The translations under genes and the position numbers were made by a program. DNA of 47,488 bases from a virus: IMG/VR virus record IMGVR_UViG_3300012948_000002, positions 1-47,488 of that record; one strand, given 5' to 3'. Positions 46,501 to 47,488 of the stretch are shown here, piece after piece. Position 1 is the first letter of the stretch; every line of letters starts with the position of its first letter. Below the pieces are notes generated by a model. That model was not told the origin of the DNA. It searched no databases and saw only the letters and a program-made list of their open reading frames with translations.

Positions 46501-46994
46501 AGCATCTTCACGTAGTGTGTCTCAAATACGGAATATCCACGACGCTCGTAAAATGCCGCGAGTTGCTCCGGCATATTATGGTGCATATACGCCATCGTGA
46601 CCCGCGTAGCCTTCCGACCGCGTGCCCACTCCTCGAACGCTTGGAGAAGCGCCGTGCCAGCACCCTTCTGAGCACCAGGCCATACGTACCAGAACAGCTC
46701 GGTGGCGCAAGGCTCACCGTCGAATACGTTTTCATACATCACGCCCGCTATCGCCCCCCTCAGGTCCCACTTGTTCTCGTGGAGGCACAGCACTATTCCC
46801 TGGCCAGCCTGCATGAACTCCTTCATCTTCTTCGTGAACACGCTCGCTCGGAATTTCATCAGGTTCTTCCCGTACAGCTCCGCGAACAGGTAGCCCATCT
46901 CCCCCAGCTGGTCCAGGTCGTGCTCCGTGGCTGTAGAGATCCTGAAGCTCTTCTCGCAAGAGTCCAAAGACGTGGTAGTCTCTGTAGATTCCAT
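46497..46994 (-). CDS. GNAT family N-acetyltransferase (second of two)
   Basis: 165 aa. The acetyl-CoA motif is WPGAQKGAGTALLQAFEEWA and the C-terminus reads FYERRGYSVFE. It is ATGA-coupled to the oxygenase gene. Confidence 0.7.
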   Translation of the reverse strand: MESTETTTSLDSCEKSFRISTATEHDLDQLGEMGYLFAELYGKNLMKFRASVFTKKMKEFMQAGQGIVLCLHENKWDLRGAIAGVMYENVFDGEPCATELFWYVWPGAQKGAGTALLQAFEEWARGRKATRVTMAYMHHNMPEQLAAFYERRGYSVFETHYVKML

Positions 46995-47376
46995 CTCGCA
47001 GATGCGCCTTTCTAATTATGCCCTCGAGTTTGAAGCCAAGACGCCCGACGAGCTTGATCGCCGTTTTGTTGTCCTCTGGAAGTTGAATCGTAAGGCGACG
47101 AAGTTGTGCTCGGTACATGAAGTCTGACATTGCGGCCAAAAAGACGGGCTCCCTGCCTCGAAGGCGTTTGTCGAACATGATGAGGTGTAAGCCTGCATCA
47201 AGCCACGGTCTGACGTTTGTTGCCGCTGCGAACCCAATGATCTCGTCACCCTGGACGAATTCATAGAATTGGTTATTTGGGGCCATCAGGCCATTTTTGA
47301 ACTCATTGAATGTTCGTGGGATTACGTCGTCGAACGCCTGGGGGTAGCGGCTGAAGTGTTCCCAAAGGTACTCCAT
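46732..47376 (-). CDS. GNAT family N-acetyltransferase (RimJ/RimL-like, first of two)
   Basis: The start was refined to ATG 47376 (AGGAAAG upstream; MEYLWEHFSRYPQ...). The GNAT core reads LHLIMFDKRLRGREP...TIQLPEDNKTAIKLVGRLGFKLEGIIRKAHLRDGIYRDYHVFGLL. The last ~65 codons (GARPGPAGGDG...) run out of frame over the next GNAT gene. Confidence 0.7.
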   Translation of the reverse strand: MEYLWEHFSRYPQAFDDVIPRTFNEFKNGLMAPNNQFYEFVQGDEIIGFAAATNVRPWLDAGLHLIMFDKRLRGREPVFLAAMSDFMYRAQLRRLTIQLPEDNKTAIKLVGRLGFKLEGIIRKAHLRDGIYRDYHVFGLLREELQDLYSHGARPGPAGGDGLPVRGAVREEPDEIPSERVHEEDEGVHAGWPGNSAVPPREQVGPEGGDSGRDV

Positions 47377-47488
47377 CTTTCCTTTCGACAGAACCAGTGG
47401 TCGGAATATTAGGGTCTTGGGGATTGAGGAGTTGGTTGATGGGGAAGAACTCTCCGCTTGGGATGTAGACATCGGTGTACGCTCTCAA
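47303..47488 (-). CDS. C-terminal 61 codons of the wrap-around tail protein (same gene as 1..1650)
   Basis: The frame is continuous with 1..1650 through the 123-nt repeat. The stop is at 47303, and the last 74 nt overlap the GNAT start. Confidence 0.75.
   Translation of the reverse strand: MRAYTDVYIPSGEFFPINQLLNPQDPNIPTTGSVERKDGVPLGTLQPLPPGVRRRNPTNIQ
47366..47488. repeat. Terminal direct repeat, copy 2 (identical to 1..123)
   Basis: Exact 123-nt match to the window start. Coding frames continue through it. Confidence 0.95.

Overview
This window is a complete genome of a GC-rich tailed dsDNA phage, either circularly closed or terminally redundant. Bases 1-123 recur exactly at 47366-47488, giving 47,365 bp of unique sequence, and one tail gene reads through that junction.

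The layout is two divergent arms around a ~640-bp non-coding control region at 22.86-23.50 kb.
- The rightward (+) arm, 23.5-40.7 kb, starts with about 35 small early ORFs. Many are zinc-ribbon or ribbon-helix-helix types.
- The same arm then carries a recombination/replication module: Cas4-like PD-(D/E)XK nuclease, Sak4-like AAA ATPase, DUF669 SSB-like protein, ParB-DNA methyltransferase fusion, a DNA polymerase A with N-terminal UDG-like and 3'-5' exonuclease domains, and a DUF3987 helicase-like ATPase.
- The leftward (-) arm runs 22.76 kb -> 1 -> across the junction -> 40.77 kb. It encodes a terminator-bounded first gene, then a lysis cassette (GH19 endolysin plus two membrane proteins) and a tail-lysozyme-domain protein.
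- That arm continues with a small-terminase candidate, TerL, portal, scaffold and an HK97-fold capsid protein.
- It ends with at least five fibre-like proteins (one collagen-like, one with an S74 chaperone domain), adaptor- and nozzle-like tail proteins, a GNAT-GNAT-2OG-oxygenase enzyme island, and four putative internal/ejection proteins.

I found no tape measure, sheath, integrase, repressor, tRNA, CRISPR array, reverse transcriptase or phage RNA polymerase. The phage therefore looks virulent, podovirus-like and dependent on host RNA polymerase.

The observations most worth follow-up are:
- a GCTTCA-N6-TGAA palindromic element that sits almost only at gene and operon boundaries;
- an origin-like control region with tandem 12-mers, an AT-rich core and a 32-bp inverted repeat;
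- three enzymes translationally coupled into the virion operon, which together with a collagen-like fibre may form a virion-protein modification or ejected-effector system;
- short N-terminal peptides shared between otherwise unrelated proteins;
- an HNH endonuclease fused in frame to its downstream gene;
- an unusual number of long out-of-frame 3' gene overlaps.

All functional calls come from motif recognition by eye, and none has been checked against a database.
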